Below are positions 55,043 to 63,879 of a DNA stretch of 64,000 nt, one piece after another; within the stretch, counting starts at the first letter, position 1; each line of letters starts with the position of its first letter. Location of the stretch: positions 887 through 64,886 of IMG/VR virus record IMGVR_UViG_3300020171_000005; one strand, written 5' to 3'. Below the pieces are notes generated by a model. That model ran no database searches, was not told the origin of the DNA, and was given only the letters and a program-made list of their open reading frames with translations. The translations under genes and the position numbers were made by a program. The stretch is from a virus (lineage: Duplodnaviria > Caudoviricetes).

Positions 55043-56085
55043 TCACCTCCTCCAAAACGTAATAAGGTTGCTCCGGCAGCTAATCCCGCTCCAAGGCTAA
55101 TCACCACGATGTAATCATTAAGCTTAATATCCTCGCTCATCAATAACTTGCCGACTATACCTATAGAAGAAGAAGAGCAGTTACCATAAGTTCTTAACGC
55201 TTCTCTTGATAATGATAACTTCCCCTCAGGTAGACCAATAACATCTCGGATATTATCTAATACGGTCTTTCCTCCCGGGTGAATAACCCACCAGGAGATG
55301 TTATCAATCTCTAAACCGTTCCGCTGTAATAACCTATCAACTACAATCTTAGCTCCCAATGGAGCTACCTTAGGCACCTGACGAGACAACAAGCAACGTA
55401 GCCTTCCATCCTGCCAAAGAAAGCCCAAGTGGTGCATGTTCTCAGGGTCGAAGTAACTCTCAAAGTCGATAATATGTGGATGCCTCCAGTTGTTATCGAA
55501 GCCTACAAGGACTGATGAAGCACCATCCCCAAAGATAGCGTTAGCCCTAAGAAGCTCATAATCCCGAGTTTTATCAGGATGTGGCCCATCCTCAGGGAAA
55601 TGACACACACTGCAGATTTCACAACTCACCGCCAACGAGGGTTTTTGATGGGCCACAGTATAGTCAAAAGCCCTTCTGAGAGCAGGGTATCCACCTTCAC
55701 ACCCATGACCTAAGACGCTGGTATAGACCACATCCGAAGCAAACTCCATTTCACCCGCAAGTCTATGGATTATACTGGGACACTCGTACCCAGTACAGGA
55801 AGCGAAGGAGATACTCCCACATGTGGAAGGAGCACGGCCATCCAGACATAACTCTATGACTTTCCTTGATAACCATATAGCCCCTTTCTTATACTCCTCC
55901 ACAGCTTCCTGCCAGGAGGTTATCTCCCACATGGGGACCCAAAAATGGCGTTTTTCTATCTCAGCTCCATTAAAAATGGACCACCATCGTAAGGGGTATC
56001 CTAAGGCATCAAAAACCTCTCGTTGGGTATATGAGTTAGGTGGAACTGCAAACCCTATACTTATTACCTTAGGCAGGTTGTCCAT
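55039..56085 (-). CDS. Type III polyketide synthase (chalcone synthase family)
   Basis: Triad GHGCEGG (Cys), IHPGG (His), YGNCSS (Asn); SCTG, CEICS, IFGDGAS, LGAGL. Confidence 0.92.
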   Translation of the reverse strand: MDNLPKVISIGFAVPPNSYTQREVFDALGYPLRWWSIFNGAEIEKRHFWVPMWEITSWQEAVEEYKKGAIWLSRKVIELCLDGRAPSTCGSISFASCTGYECPSIIHRLAGEMEFASDVVYTSVLGHGCEGGYPALRRAFDYTVAHQKPSLAVSCEICSVCHFPEDGPHPDKTRDYELLRANAIFGDGASSVLVGFDNNWRHPHIIDFESYFDPENMHHLGFLWQDGRLRCLLSRQVPKVAPLGAKIVVDRLLQRNGLEIDNISWWVIHPGGKTVLDNIRDVIGLPEGKLSLSREALRTYGNCSSSSIGIVGKLLMSEDIKLNDYIVVISLGAGLAAGATLLRFGGGE

Positions 56086-56717
56086 AACACCCCCATAACC
56101 GCTAAACTCGATACTATTATTGTCCAGTTATCATCTACCCAGGTCCTTGACAACCCACTGTACTTCTCAACCAATGTGGCTACTACTGCTCCAATGGCAG
56201 CTACCCAGTAAGGTGTAAATAACGTACCAACAAGTAGGCATGTTACTAACATCCCAACACTACCCCAATTACCTTTGACCTCTCTTCCGTAGACCTTAGC
56301 TCTTATAAGGCCGGTTACCATATCACCCCAAGCCATAAAGAGAATGGGGACAATAGCAAGATGTGGATTATCTAGCCATACCCACCCAATACATAGTGAT
56401 AGCGTCCCCGCGAGTGGAAACCAGATCTCGGCGAGTGCATGTTGACGTGAGGTGCCACCAACACCTCTAAAGGTGGAAGGTCTTATAAGTCTGGCCCCCA
56501 ATAGCAGCAAAGTAAATCCAGCTGAGAGGATAAGAGGGTACCAGGGGGTGGAAAACAACAACACACACAAGAGGTAGCCTAGGCCCCCTACACCATGGCC
56601 CACCTTACGGGATATGTATTGAGGTACATGGTGGTCGTAGAGGATGTTACTGAGATAAAGACCTACCAGTACTGCTGCAGTTATGATAAATAGACCTGGG
56701 AGTTCGGAAATTAACAT
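56064..56717 (-). CDS. CTP-dependent polyprenol/phytol/diacylglycerol kinase-like membrane protein
   Basis: SRKVGH, WGDMVTGLI, GSVG, VEK...DDN motifs of the dolichol/phytol kinase family. Confidence 0.8.
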   Translation of the reverse strand: MLISELPGLFIITAAVLVGLYLSNILYDHHVPQYISRKVGHGVGGLGYLLCVLLFSTPWYPLILSAGFTLLLLGARLIRPSTFRGVGGTSRQHALAEIWFPLAGTLSLCIGWVWLDNPHLAIVPILFMAWGDMVTGLIRAKVYGREVKGNWGSVGMLVTCLLVGTLFTPYWVAAIGAVVATLVEKYSGLSRTWVDDNWTIIVSSLAVMGVLWTTCLR

Positions 56718-56847
56718 CTTCTCTCCTCTTCTTCACTCTACACTCTTCAGAAAATCCCTGTAGTCAAATTCTGGCCACTTAGCCATTTTATCCACCTCCA
56801 GGTAATAATTTCCTAGCCCAACTAATAGCCTCAAGTAGACTCCAATC

Positions 56848-57027
56848 CCTAATGGATTTTCTTCTCTACTTCCGACATGATCCTCACCACTGTATTCTCA
56901 AGGAGTTCGTCCAAGTAAGCAGCAAAATCTGGAGTATTGATTGGTATCTGACGTCTAATATCAGCCTCATGTCTCATGAAGTCCAATAGCTTTAATTTCA
57001 ACCTATTTGATAATGGGGGTAATGTCA
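56848..57027 (-). CDS. Small hypothetical protein (59 aa)
   Basis: Hand translation MTLPPLSNRLKLKLLDF...; GGAGGTGA RBS. Confidence 0.5.
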
Positions 57028-57465
57028 TTACTCACCTCCAAGTTTCACATCATAACTGCTCAATATCCTCCCAACTTTCGACAACAACCTATTGAAGATA
57101 CTCAGATCCCTTATTGCGTAATTCCCCACCACTTTGACATCCCCTTTGGCTCTTGCTCTTGAAAAGGCCACAGGGTTACCATTAAGTAGTTCCTGACATA
57201 CATTAACGAAAGGATCCACTCCCTCAAAGACAATTACAGTCCGGGTGTTATCTAGGCTCTCGGTAGGGATCAACCTCCCACCTTTTACCTCAAAGATCTT
57301 AGTCCATTTGTTATCTCCACGAATCATTATAACACCCTTACGACCTTCACCAAGCTCAGTTTCCTCGGAAGTAACTACCTCAGGGGCAAAGCGATCTTGA
57401 ACCTTGAGAATAAAATCAAAGAGGTCTTCGACCTCAGCTAACTTCTCAACGTCAGTCTTTGGCAT
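57028..57465 (-). CDS. SCP2 sterol/lipid carrier-like protein
   Basis: L.GNPV.F.RA.AKGDVKVVGNY C-terminal SCP2 signature. Confidence 0.65.
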   Translation of the reverse strand: MPKTDVEKLAEVEDLFDFILKVQDRFAPEVVTSEETELGEGRKGVIMIRGDNKWTKIFEVKGGRLIPTESLDNTRTVIVFEGVDPFVNVCQELLNGNPVAFSRARAKGDVKVVGNYAIRDLSIFNRLLSKVGRILSSYDVKLGGE

Positions 57466-57800
57466 CAGTCCTCCTTGTCCTCTTCTTCGAACTTCTCTAC
57501 TTCATCATACTCTCCTGCCCATGTTTCTAGTAGAGTTCGACGTCTGTCTAGGTACGTCTCCTGAGCAATCACCATCTGCATCTCCACCTGGCTTTTACCA
57601 GCACGCTTGGCTTCTGCCACCAAGAGTGGATGCCCTATGGGGTATTTCACCTCTGTCTCTTTCAAAGCATTGCGCCATATCTCTTTTACCTCTGGTGCTG
57701 CCGTTTTAGGAGGACCATACTCTCTCTTCTGCATGGCAATCTTAGGGACTGGGGGACCCTCCCAAGGTGGCTGAGGAAGAAAGTCGCTAAGCTTTGGCAC
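57465..57800 (-). CDS. Protein with N-terminal PPWEGPPVP motif
   Basis: MPKLSDFLPQPPWEGPPVPK. Confidence 0.7.
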   Translation of the reverse strand: MPKLSDFLPQPPWEGPPVPKIAMQKREYGPPKTAAPEVKEIWRNALKETEVKYPIGHPLLVAEAKRAGKSQVEMQMVIAQETYLDRRRTLLETWAGEYDEVEKFEEEDKED

Positions 57801-58599
57801 TTTTTCTCCTTCTTGCTAAAGTCAATAGAATTCGGTACGGGAGATTGGAAACCGGAGTAACCTTCAAGTAAGTAGGATCCACCTCCATCAGGTTATCTAC
57901 AACTCCATCTAAGGTCGGAAATCCCATACTTGGGAGTACATGAGGAATGGAACCGAGGTAAGGAATCCCTTGAGACTCACAAAAGGCTTTTATATCCTCC
58001 TCGCCCAGATCATAGAGGTCAATCTTCTCTCCATCATGTGGACATTCTACATACACTTGGTTACCAATAAGACCCAATACCGGAACATGAAGATCTTTAA
58101 GAAGAGATACAGTTCTAAGAAGATCCGCTATGGCTGTCGTTGCCGGTTGGGTTACAAGGACTACCCCAAAGAGACCTTTAATCATCAATGCAGCATGAAC
58201 GAATTTGGCAGTAGTCGGAGGAGTATCCATTATGAGGTAATCAAGAGGACCATCCACATCCCAATTTATTACCCCTGGGGTGGTTATCTCCATAATATCC
58301 TTTATGGTAGATTCCTCGTCCATAGAGACTGCTTGGTCTGAAGGGAATATAAAGGCAGAAGATACCAATGGGAAACCCTCTGGAGAAATAATTGGTTGTA
58401 TAATGTCGCCCACTCCAGCATCGAGGACTAACCCGTGACGTGGGTCAATTCCAAGTTCCACATGAAGATTCGGGGCTACCCAGTCCGTATCTAAGAACCC
58501 GACTTTGAGGTTTTTGCTTTTGAGGGCTCGACCGAGAGCTACACATACTTTGGATTTCCCAACTCCACCCTTGGTAGCCATCACTGGTATCGTCCTCAT
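57787..58599 (-). CDS. Mrp/NBP35 (ApbC-like) P-loop ATPase
   Basis: KGGVGKS, FLDTD, INW...LDYLIMDTPP, VTQP, VLGLIGN...CPH. Confidence 0.8.
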   Translation of the reverse strand: MRTIPVMATKGGVGKSKVCVALGRALKSKNLKVGFLDTDWVAPNLHVELGIDPRHGLVLDAGVGDIIQPIISPEGFPLVSSAFIFPSDQAVSMDEESTIKDIMEITTPGVINWDVDGPLDYLIMDTPPTTAKFVHAALMIKGLFGVVLVTQPATTAIADLLRTVSLLKDLHVPVLGLIGNQVYVECPHDGEKIDLYDLGEEDIKAFCESQGIPYLGSIPHVLPSMGFPTLDGVVDNLMEVDPTYLKVTPVSNLPYRILLTLARRRKSAKA

Positions 58600-58643
58600 A
58601 AGCCATACTCCTAATGTTATTGCTGGCGTTCTTATAGTTCCAT

Positions 58644-58725
58644 ATTATCATACTATTACCTCCCTTGTCAAGGTCTAATTCTGACTTTAGCCCTCCTTGA
58701 CAAGTTACATTATATGTAGTACAAT
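58644..58725. promoter_or_regulatory. Divergent promoter pair
   Basis: Plus: TTGACA(58697)-17-TACAAT. Minus: TTGACA(58666-58671) with a weaker -10. Confidence 0.6.
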
Positions 58726-58753
58726 AATAGAAAGTAACCTAAGGAGGCTAACT

Positions 58754-58939
58754 ATGTCCCCAGAAGCCCGCGTGTTCCGCCCAAGATCAGAGACTGAAGA
58801 CAAAATGATAACCAGCTTACTGAAGGTTCATCACTTAGAAGGTCATATACAGAGGCCAAGTTGGACACAACTCGTTTCGTATCTTCTGAATAGGGACCTA
58901 TCTGAGATACGAAACAAGCGTAAGCAGAGAGTAAAATAG
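58754..58939 (+). CDS. Small putative ribbon-helix-helix regulator
   Basis: ATG 58754 after AAGGAGG; RVFRP...SWTQLVSYLL. Confidence 0.55.
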   Translation: MSPEARVFRPRSETEDKMITSLLKVHHLEGHIQRPSWTQLVSYLLNRDLSEIRNKRKQRVK

Positions 58940-58957
58940 CATCAGGAGGTTATTAGA

Positions 58958-60181
58958 ATGGTAACATCTACGCAACGCTGTTATATCTGTCCGGCCCACC
59001 CTGAAAAGCCCTATTCTTCATGGAGAAAATTCAGGGGGCACTGGAGCACCCAACACAAAGGCCAGGAGTGTCCTCCACGTGAGGAATTCCTGCAGGAGGT
59101 GGAAAGAGAGGAGTTCTTAGAACAGAAGAAGGAGTTTAAGAGGGAAGGTGGATTCCCTCCTGAGGTGGAAACAACCTATGGTAAAGATATACCTAATGTT
59201 GGAGGAGGAGGAGAACTACCTGAGGACCCAGTACTAAGGCTAGCTACCATCCTAGATGTCCATGGAGTAGAGAAAGCTGCCAGAGACAACCTCCTGGCCA
59301 TATTCCAACTTCATCCAGGCTACAAGGATAATCCAGTCAACCTTCATTACTTGTTAACTGCGAAGTTAGCCAGAAGATTCCACTCAAGCATCCCCATGAT
59401 GATAAGTGAGTTTACTGCTCAAGAGGCCAGCTACCCCGAGGGTATCCCATTTGCGGGAATGCAACCTGGAGGTGGATATGGGTCAATGCCACCTTTTATG
59501 ATGGGCGGAGGATATCAACCTTACTATCCACCTAACTATTATCCTAGACAGCCTATAGGTGGAAGAGAAATGGCAGAAGAAGAACCTAGACACAGGGCTC
59601 GTGAGTCCAATCCAGTACAGGACGCAGTAGCTCTACTGGGGACCATAATTAAGCTCAAGGATGATCTAATCCCGGATGATAGGGGAGTAGGCCAGCAGGT
59701 CCAGGAGATTTTTGAGGGCTTTAGAGCTACTGTTGAAGAAGTAACTAAGGACTCCAGAGACCAACAGGACAAGCTGCTCGAGAGAATGGAGAGGATGGAG
59801 GAGAAAAATAAGGAGAACCTCGAGTCCATCAAAGAAGAGCTTCATAGGGCTGAGACAGGAAGACTCCAAGATAGGATCACATCCCTAGAGGAATCAAAGG
59901 ATGAAGAAAGGAGTGAGGGACTGGGTTCTTTGCTTAAAGAAGCAGGTGAGGGGATAGGTACCCAGGTGGATGGGCTAAGGCAAAGTGTTTCTCAAGGGAT
60001 GGATAAACTCGGTACATTGGCCGAGAAGATAGTTACTGTAGAGGGGCTCCCCAGTGCCCCCATCGGGAGAGTAAAGGGAAAGACCAGCGCCTCTAGGACC
60101 ATAAATGATGCTTCAGAGTTGATGAGGGCTGAAGAGGAGGTAGAGGCTCTAGCCAAGGAGCTAGAAGGGACAGTTTCTTAA
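58958..60181 (+). CDS. C2H2 zinc finger, low-complexity and coiled-coil protein
   Basis: CYIC...H...H N-terminus; G/P/Y/M-rich middle; E/K-rich heptads. Confidence 0.75.
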   Translation: MVTSTQRCYICPAHPEKPYSSWRKFRGHWSTQHKGQECPPREEFLQEVEREEFLEQKKEFKREGGFPPEVETTYGKDIPNVGGGGELPEDPVLRLATILDVHGVEKAARDNLLAIFQLHPGYKDNPVNLHYLLTAKLARRFHSSIPMMISEFTAQEASYPEGIPFAGMQPGGGYGSMPPFMMGGGYQPYYPPNYYPRQPIGGREMAEEEPRHRARESNPVQDAVALLGTIIKLKDDLIPDDRGVGQQVQEIFEGFRATVEEVTKDSRDQQDKLLERMERMEEKNKENLESIKEELHRAETGRLQDRITSLEESKDEERSEGLGSLLKEAGEGIGTQVDGLRQSVSQGMDKLGTLAEKIVTVEGLPSAPIGRVKGKTSASRTINDASELMRAEEEVEALAKELEGTVS

Positions 60182-60195
60182 GGAGGTAAGCCACA

Positions 60196-60450
60196 GTGGG
60201 CATAATGGACAACATTCTAAGAGAGGTAGGATTAAGTAGAACAAGGAGGACCAAGAGGAGGTCTGGCTTGCATTTCCCCCCTAGTCCTGGAGAAATTAAA
60301 GAACAAGCTGAGAAGATTATGAGTGGCTTGAGCGAGTTAAAGGAAGTACCTAAAGCCCTAATGGACAAAGCGGTAGAGGCTGAAGAGGAGTTTAGGAGTG
60401 CAGATAAGGCATTTAGGGGCACGAGGTTCAAGGGGAAGGGGAGGAGATAG
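60196..60450 (+). CDS. Small basic hypothetical protein
   Basis: AAGGAGG RBS, GTG start. Confidence 0.6.
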   Translation: MGIMDNILREVGLSRTRRTKRRSGLHFPPSPGEIKEQAEKIMSGLSELKEVPKALMDKAVEAEEEFRSADKAFRGTRFKGKGRR

Positions 60451-60619
60451 AGCAGGACTCTCTCCACCGCTCTAGCTTTTCCAGTTCGTTCACAATCTCA
60501 CAGTGTCTCTGGTACCTATCAGGCATCTCCTTATTTGACGCGTCGTAGATTATCTTTTTCTGTTCAAGGAGGTGGCTCCTGGCTTTCCCGTACCAACTGT
60601 TATTGTTAGAGACTCCCAC
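60428..60619 (-). CDS. Small hypothetical protein
   Basis: Overlaps helicase end. Confidence 0.4.
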   Translation of the reverse strand: MGVSNNNSWYGKARSHLLEQKKIIYDASNKEMPDRYQRHCEIVNELEKLERWRESCSISSPSP

Positions 60620-62195
60620 TTCTCACTGCCTCACGCCACCAAGAAGGAAAGATATGTCCACTTCTAGCTACTAATTCACCAAACTGAGCATCATAGATGT
60701 AGCTTACAGACCAATCCCCAAGGCTCCGAGTAGCTCTACCAGTCATTTGGACTAACGTACGCGCTGTTCTCCTAGCATACCAAAGAGGGCCATCAGAGAA
60801 GGCATGCAACCTCCGGTTTACCTGGGGACTACCCAAGTTGGGGTAGGGGATCTTCGGTACCATTATTACCCTACAGAGATCCCCTGGAAGGTCTACCCCA
60901 CGGTCCATACTGGGGGAAATAAACACGATGGGTTTATTATACCCCTTGAACCTCTCTAGGGCTTGGGCTCTGTCATCCTTATCATGCGTCATCAGTCCAT
61001 GGTATTGAGGACGAAGATAGTCCATCAGGAAGTTCCTAAGGTCATAGCTTACTGCATGTATTAGGACTTTCTCCTTAGGGTATTCCTTCAAGGTTGTCTC
61101 TATTGCATCACCCAACTTAGGATATGCACTACCCTTAGTATTATGAGTCACACTTGCCACTGGGATGTAATTTACCCACCTAGACTCCGCCGGGAATGGA
61201 GAGTCGAGGGATACAGAGTCCACATCCCAGGAATGTAAACCCAACTCAATTGCCATAGCTTGTGGTCCCATTATAGTAGCGCTCATACCGAGAGACCTTT
61301 GAGTGTGCCCCCAGAGATTACTTGGAGCAAAACCTCCGATTTTTACTGGCTTAAAGACTATAGGTCCAAGGGACTTACGGTACTTATTCTCCTCTTGCTC
61401 CATTACCCAGTTGTCATTCAAGCTGCTAGAGAGGAACTCCAACCTACGGCTAGTCCTCTTTAACCTCATAAGATCTTTGAGCTTAGCTGGACTAAGACTA
61501 TTAGGTGGACCTACCTTCTCTATCTCCTTGATAATTCTAAGCGCTACCTCTTTTATCCATTCCACCCAGGAATCTAATTTGGTCTTATAACGTGGAGGGC
61601 CTATGTCTAGCCTTTTCATGAGATAGGGAGTTATCGAGACCTCTATAAAGCTCATTAGGTGATCTTCAATTCGGTCACACTCATCCATTATAAGGTAACT
61701 GAGGTTACTAAAGCCGCCAACGTAATTTGCCTCAGAAAGAAATAGAGGGTAATTGAGTACGCACATCGGAGCCCTTAATGCCTTACGTTTCTGTTTCAGG
61801 TAAGGACAATCTGCCTCAAAGTCACAGTCATCTCCATGCAGATAGTCAGAGCAGATCTCAGAAGTCACCCCTCTCCCATCATCAAATAGAGCTGGAAAAT
61901 GTAGACAGGGGTAGTTGTTACGGCCCTTCAGAGTGGGGACATTGAAGTCAATTTCTATCTGGTCTTGAAGTTGCTTCGTTGAGACCAGATAGACGGATCG
62001 TGGTCGGTCCATTAGGGCGTGGGAGGTCATAGCAAGAAGAGACTTACCGATGCCAGTCGGGGCTTCTACCGAATACAGAGGTTTATCTGAGACAATTATC
62101 TTCTGGGCAACCTCCAGTTGGTTTTCTCGGTAGGATGGGAACTTCTGTGCATCAAACCCAAAGTCAGCAGGGACTACCATTTTCCTCCTATCCAT
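60606..62195 (-). CDS. DinG/XPD(Rad3)-family SF2 helicase
   Basis: Q motif YRENQ, APTGIGKS, LKGRNNYPC with Fe-S cysteines, DECD, SAT, GVDLPG, QMTGRATR. Confidence 0.9.
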   Translation of the reverse strand: MDRRKMVVPADFGFDAQKFPSYRENQLEVAQKIIVSDKPLYSVEAPTGIGKSLLAMTSHALMDRPRSVYLVSTKQLQDQIEIDFNVPTLKGRNNYPCLHFPALFDDGRGVTSEICSDYLHGDDCDFEADCPYLKQKRKALRAPMCVLNYPLFLSEANYVGGFSNLSYLIMDECDRIEDHLMSFIEVSITPYLMKRLDIGPPRYKTKLDSWVEWIKEVALRIIKEIEKVGPPNSLSPAKLKDLMRLKRTSRRLEFLSSSLNDNWVMEQEENKYRKSLGPIVFKPVKIGGFAPSNLWGHTQRSLGMSATIMGPQAMAIELGLHSWDVDSVSLDSPFPAESRWVNYIPVASVTHNTKGSAYPKLGDAIETTLKEYPKEKVLIHAVSYDLRNFLMDYLRPQYHGLMTHDKDDRAQALERFKGYNKPIVFISPSMDRGVDLPGDLCRVIMVPKIPYPNLGSPQVNRRLHAFSDGPLWYARRTARTLVQMTGRATRSLGDWSVSYIYDAQFGELVARSGHIFPSWWREAVRSGSL

Positions 62196-62211
62196 TTGTC
62201 TATACTATATT

Positions 62212-62270
62212 GTACCTACACTGTAGGTGTGTAGGTAGCCTACGTACCTACACTGTAGGTGTGTAGGTAG
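62212..62270. repeat. Two perfect 27-bp direct repeats with internal palindrome
   Basis: GTACCTACACTGTAGGTGTGTAGGTAG at 62212-62238 and 62244-62270; contains ACCTACA-C-TGTAGGT. Confidence 0.9.
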
Positions 62271-62298
62271 GATTGTTATGTAAACTTGTAGATACACA

Positions 62299-62907
62299 CT
62301 ATCCACGTCTCAACCACTTCTCGAAAAACTGTATTTCCTGAATAAACGACTCCCTCCACTTGAGCGGAACCCAAGCTGGGTCAAGTGATTGAGCCAAACC
62401 TGTGACTAAGCAAAGTATAGCAATTTTGCTCTTCGGTAACCCAATATCTTCCGCCATGTTACTAACTCTTGAAGTAAAGTTCTTGTTCCTTGCGTAGATA
62501 CTGTGACTGCTTATTTCTTGTGGACCAAGCGAGAAAGGGTATACTCCTCCTCTCCTAATCCTAAATTCTCTTAGCCCGTCATCTGCAGAAAACATAATGG
62601 CTTGGTCCAATCTATTAGCAAGACCAGGATTCCTACCAACCAAATCCTCTATGATGGGGACACCTACACAAAGAGTTATTCTTTCTACATTAGCCAGGCT
62701 TCTAGGGTACATCTCAGCTACTCTCCTGATGTGGGCCATTATCGCGACAATTACTGTAGGTAGGCCCCTTACAGCTATCCTAACATCATCCTCATCATTT
62801 TCACCCCCTTGTGGACTACTACTAAATGACCACTCAAGTGAGGGTCCTCCAAATGGGGTGGCAGGCCCAGTATACGCACCGAAGGGTATTGGAAGTTCCA
62901 TAACCAT
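62299..62907 (-). CDS. Hypothetical protein
   Basis: 202-aa ORF with GGGGTGA RBS. Confidence 0.65.
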   Translation of the reverse strand: MVMELPIPFGAYTGPATPFGGPSLEWSFSSSPQGGENDEDDVRIAVRGLPTVIVAIMAHIRRVAEMYPRSLANVERITLCVGVPIIEDLVGRNPGLANRLDQAIMFSADDGLREFRIRRGGVYPFSLGPQEISSHSIYARNKNFTSRVSNMAEDIGLPKSKIAILCLVTGLAQSLDPAWVPLKWRESFIQEIQFFEKWLRRG

Positions 62908-62975
62908 GTGATCACCCCTTTAACTCTTATCTTTACCATTTAGCTCAAATCTGTAAAGTAAAATTGTCTACAGGA

Positions 62976-63254
62976 TCAGTCACCATTGACTTTCTCGAAG
63001 CGATAAAGGAGTTCATCACCGCCCCCATAGTAAACAACAGCCCGGTACTGTTCTATAAATTCCCCATAAGAAATACCAGCCTTCCTAGCCAATTTCCTTA
63101 TGAAATCACGAGGCACTGATACCTCAACTGTATTAGAGGCTGGGAAAGCTCTTCTAAGTTTATACTTCTTAATTAGAGAGTCTTCTATGGGAAACTCAAT
63201 TATCTTCCTATGGGATATTACCAAGTCCTTTATCCTTTCATTTAGTGTAATCAT
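62976..63254 (-). CDS. AbrB-like (swapped-hairpin) regulator
   Basis: YKLRR...TVEVSVPRDFIRKL; possibly leaderless from ATG 63254. Confidence 0.55.
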   Translation of the reverse strand: MITLNERIKDLVISHRKIIEFPIEDSLIKKYKLRRAFPASNTVEVSVPRDFIRKLARKAGISYGEFIEQYRAVVYYGGGDELLYRFEKVNGD

Positions 63255-63258
63255 ATAT

Positions 63259-63369
63259 ATTATATCACTATTGGAACCTCGTGTCAATGTAAGCCGATAT
63301 ACTTTATTCAGAACCTACAGAGCCCTAACTTCCACCTACCTTGACAGCGTGAATAACATGTGATAGAAT
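63259..63369. promoter_or_regulatory. Divergent promoter pair
   Basis: Minus: TTGACA(63282-63287)-17-TATAAT. Plus: TTGACA(63341)-17-TAGAAT. Confidence 0.75.
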
Positions 63370-63391
63370 GGTAATATAGAGGTAGAGGTGG

Positions 63392-63643
63392 ATGAACTGG
63401 ATAGACCTAGGACTGCCTAGTTTCTTGATCCCGGCTCCTCCGCCCTTTTTGCCAATCCCAAGAGGACTGGTGATGAAGGTAGAGGGATTAGATGAGTGGG
63501 AGGCCTATGCTTTAAGAGGCACTATGATGGAATCTCTTGGTAGTGTATACGGAGAGGACGAAGAGGAAGCGATAGAGGCTGCTGAAAACTTAGCCAGGGT
63601 AAACGGTAATGGATTTTCAGCAGTGAGGGTAACGAGAAAATGA
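63392..63643 (+). CDS. Hypothetical protein with Pro-rich N-terminus
   Basis: LIPAPPPFLPIPRGL; RBS GAGGTG. Confidence 0.65.
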   Translation: MNWIDLGLPSFLIPAPPPFLPIPRGLVMKVEGLDEWEAYALRGTMMESLGSVYGEDEEEAIEAAENLARVNGNGFSAVRVTRK

Positions 63644-63879
63644 AATTCCCATCACTGCTACCACCTGGCTTTCCTAGACCTCCATTCTCCCGAGAGGAAG
63701 ATGAAGAAGAGGAGGACGATGAAGAACATACAGATGGGGACTTCAGAAGAAAGCTAAGGTCAGAGGGATTTGACCCTGAACTTGTAGAAATGGGGATTAA
63801 GGTAGCGAACAATCATTCTCGGAGTAGAGAGGATGCTCTTAGGATAGGTGAGAACTACATAAGGGGGATGGCCAAATGA
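63640..63879 (+). CDS. Hypothetical protein, Pro-rich N-terminus and acidic tract
   Basis: ATGA coupling with previous gene. Confidence 0.6.
   Translation: MKFPSLLPPGFPRPPFSREEDEEEEDDEEHTDGDFRRKLRSEGFDPELVEMGIKVANNHSRSREDALRIGENYIRGMAK

Noticed and set aside
57787-58599. Genome-packaging ATPase or ParA
   Set aside because: KGGVGKS with INW...LDYL..DTPP, VTQP and CPH fits the Mrp/NBP35 family; not FtsK/A32 or terminase
62212-62270. Mini-CRISPR array
   Set aside because: Only two repeats with a 5-bp linker; no spacer-length unique sequence and no cas operon
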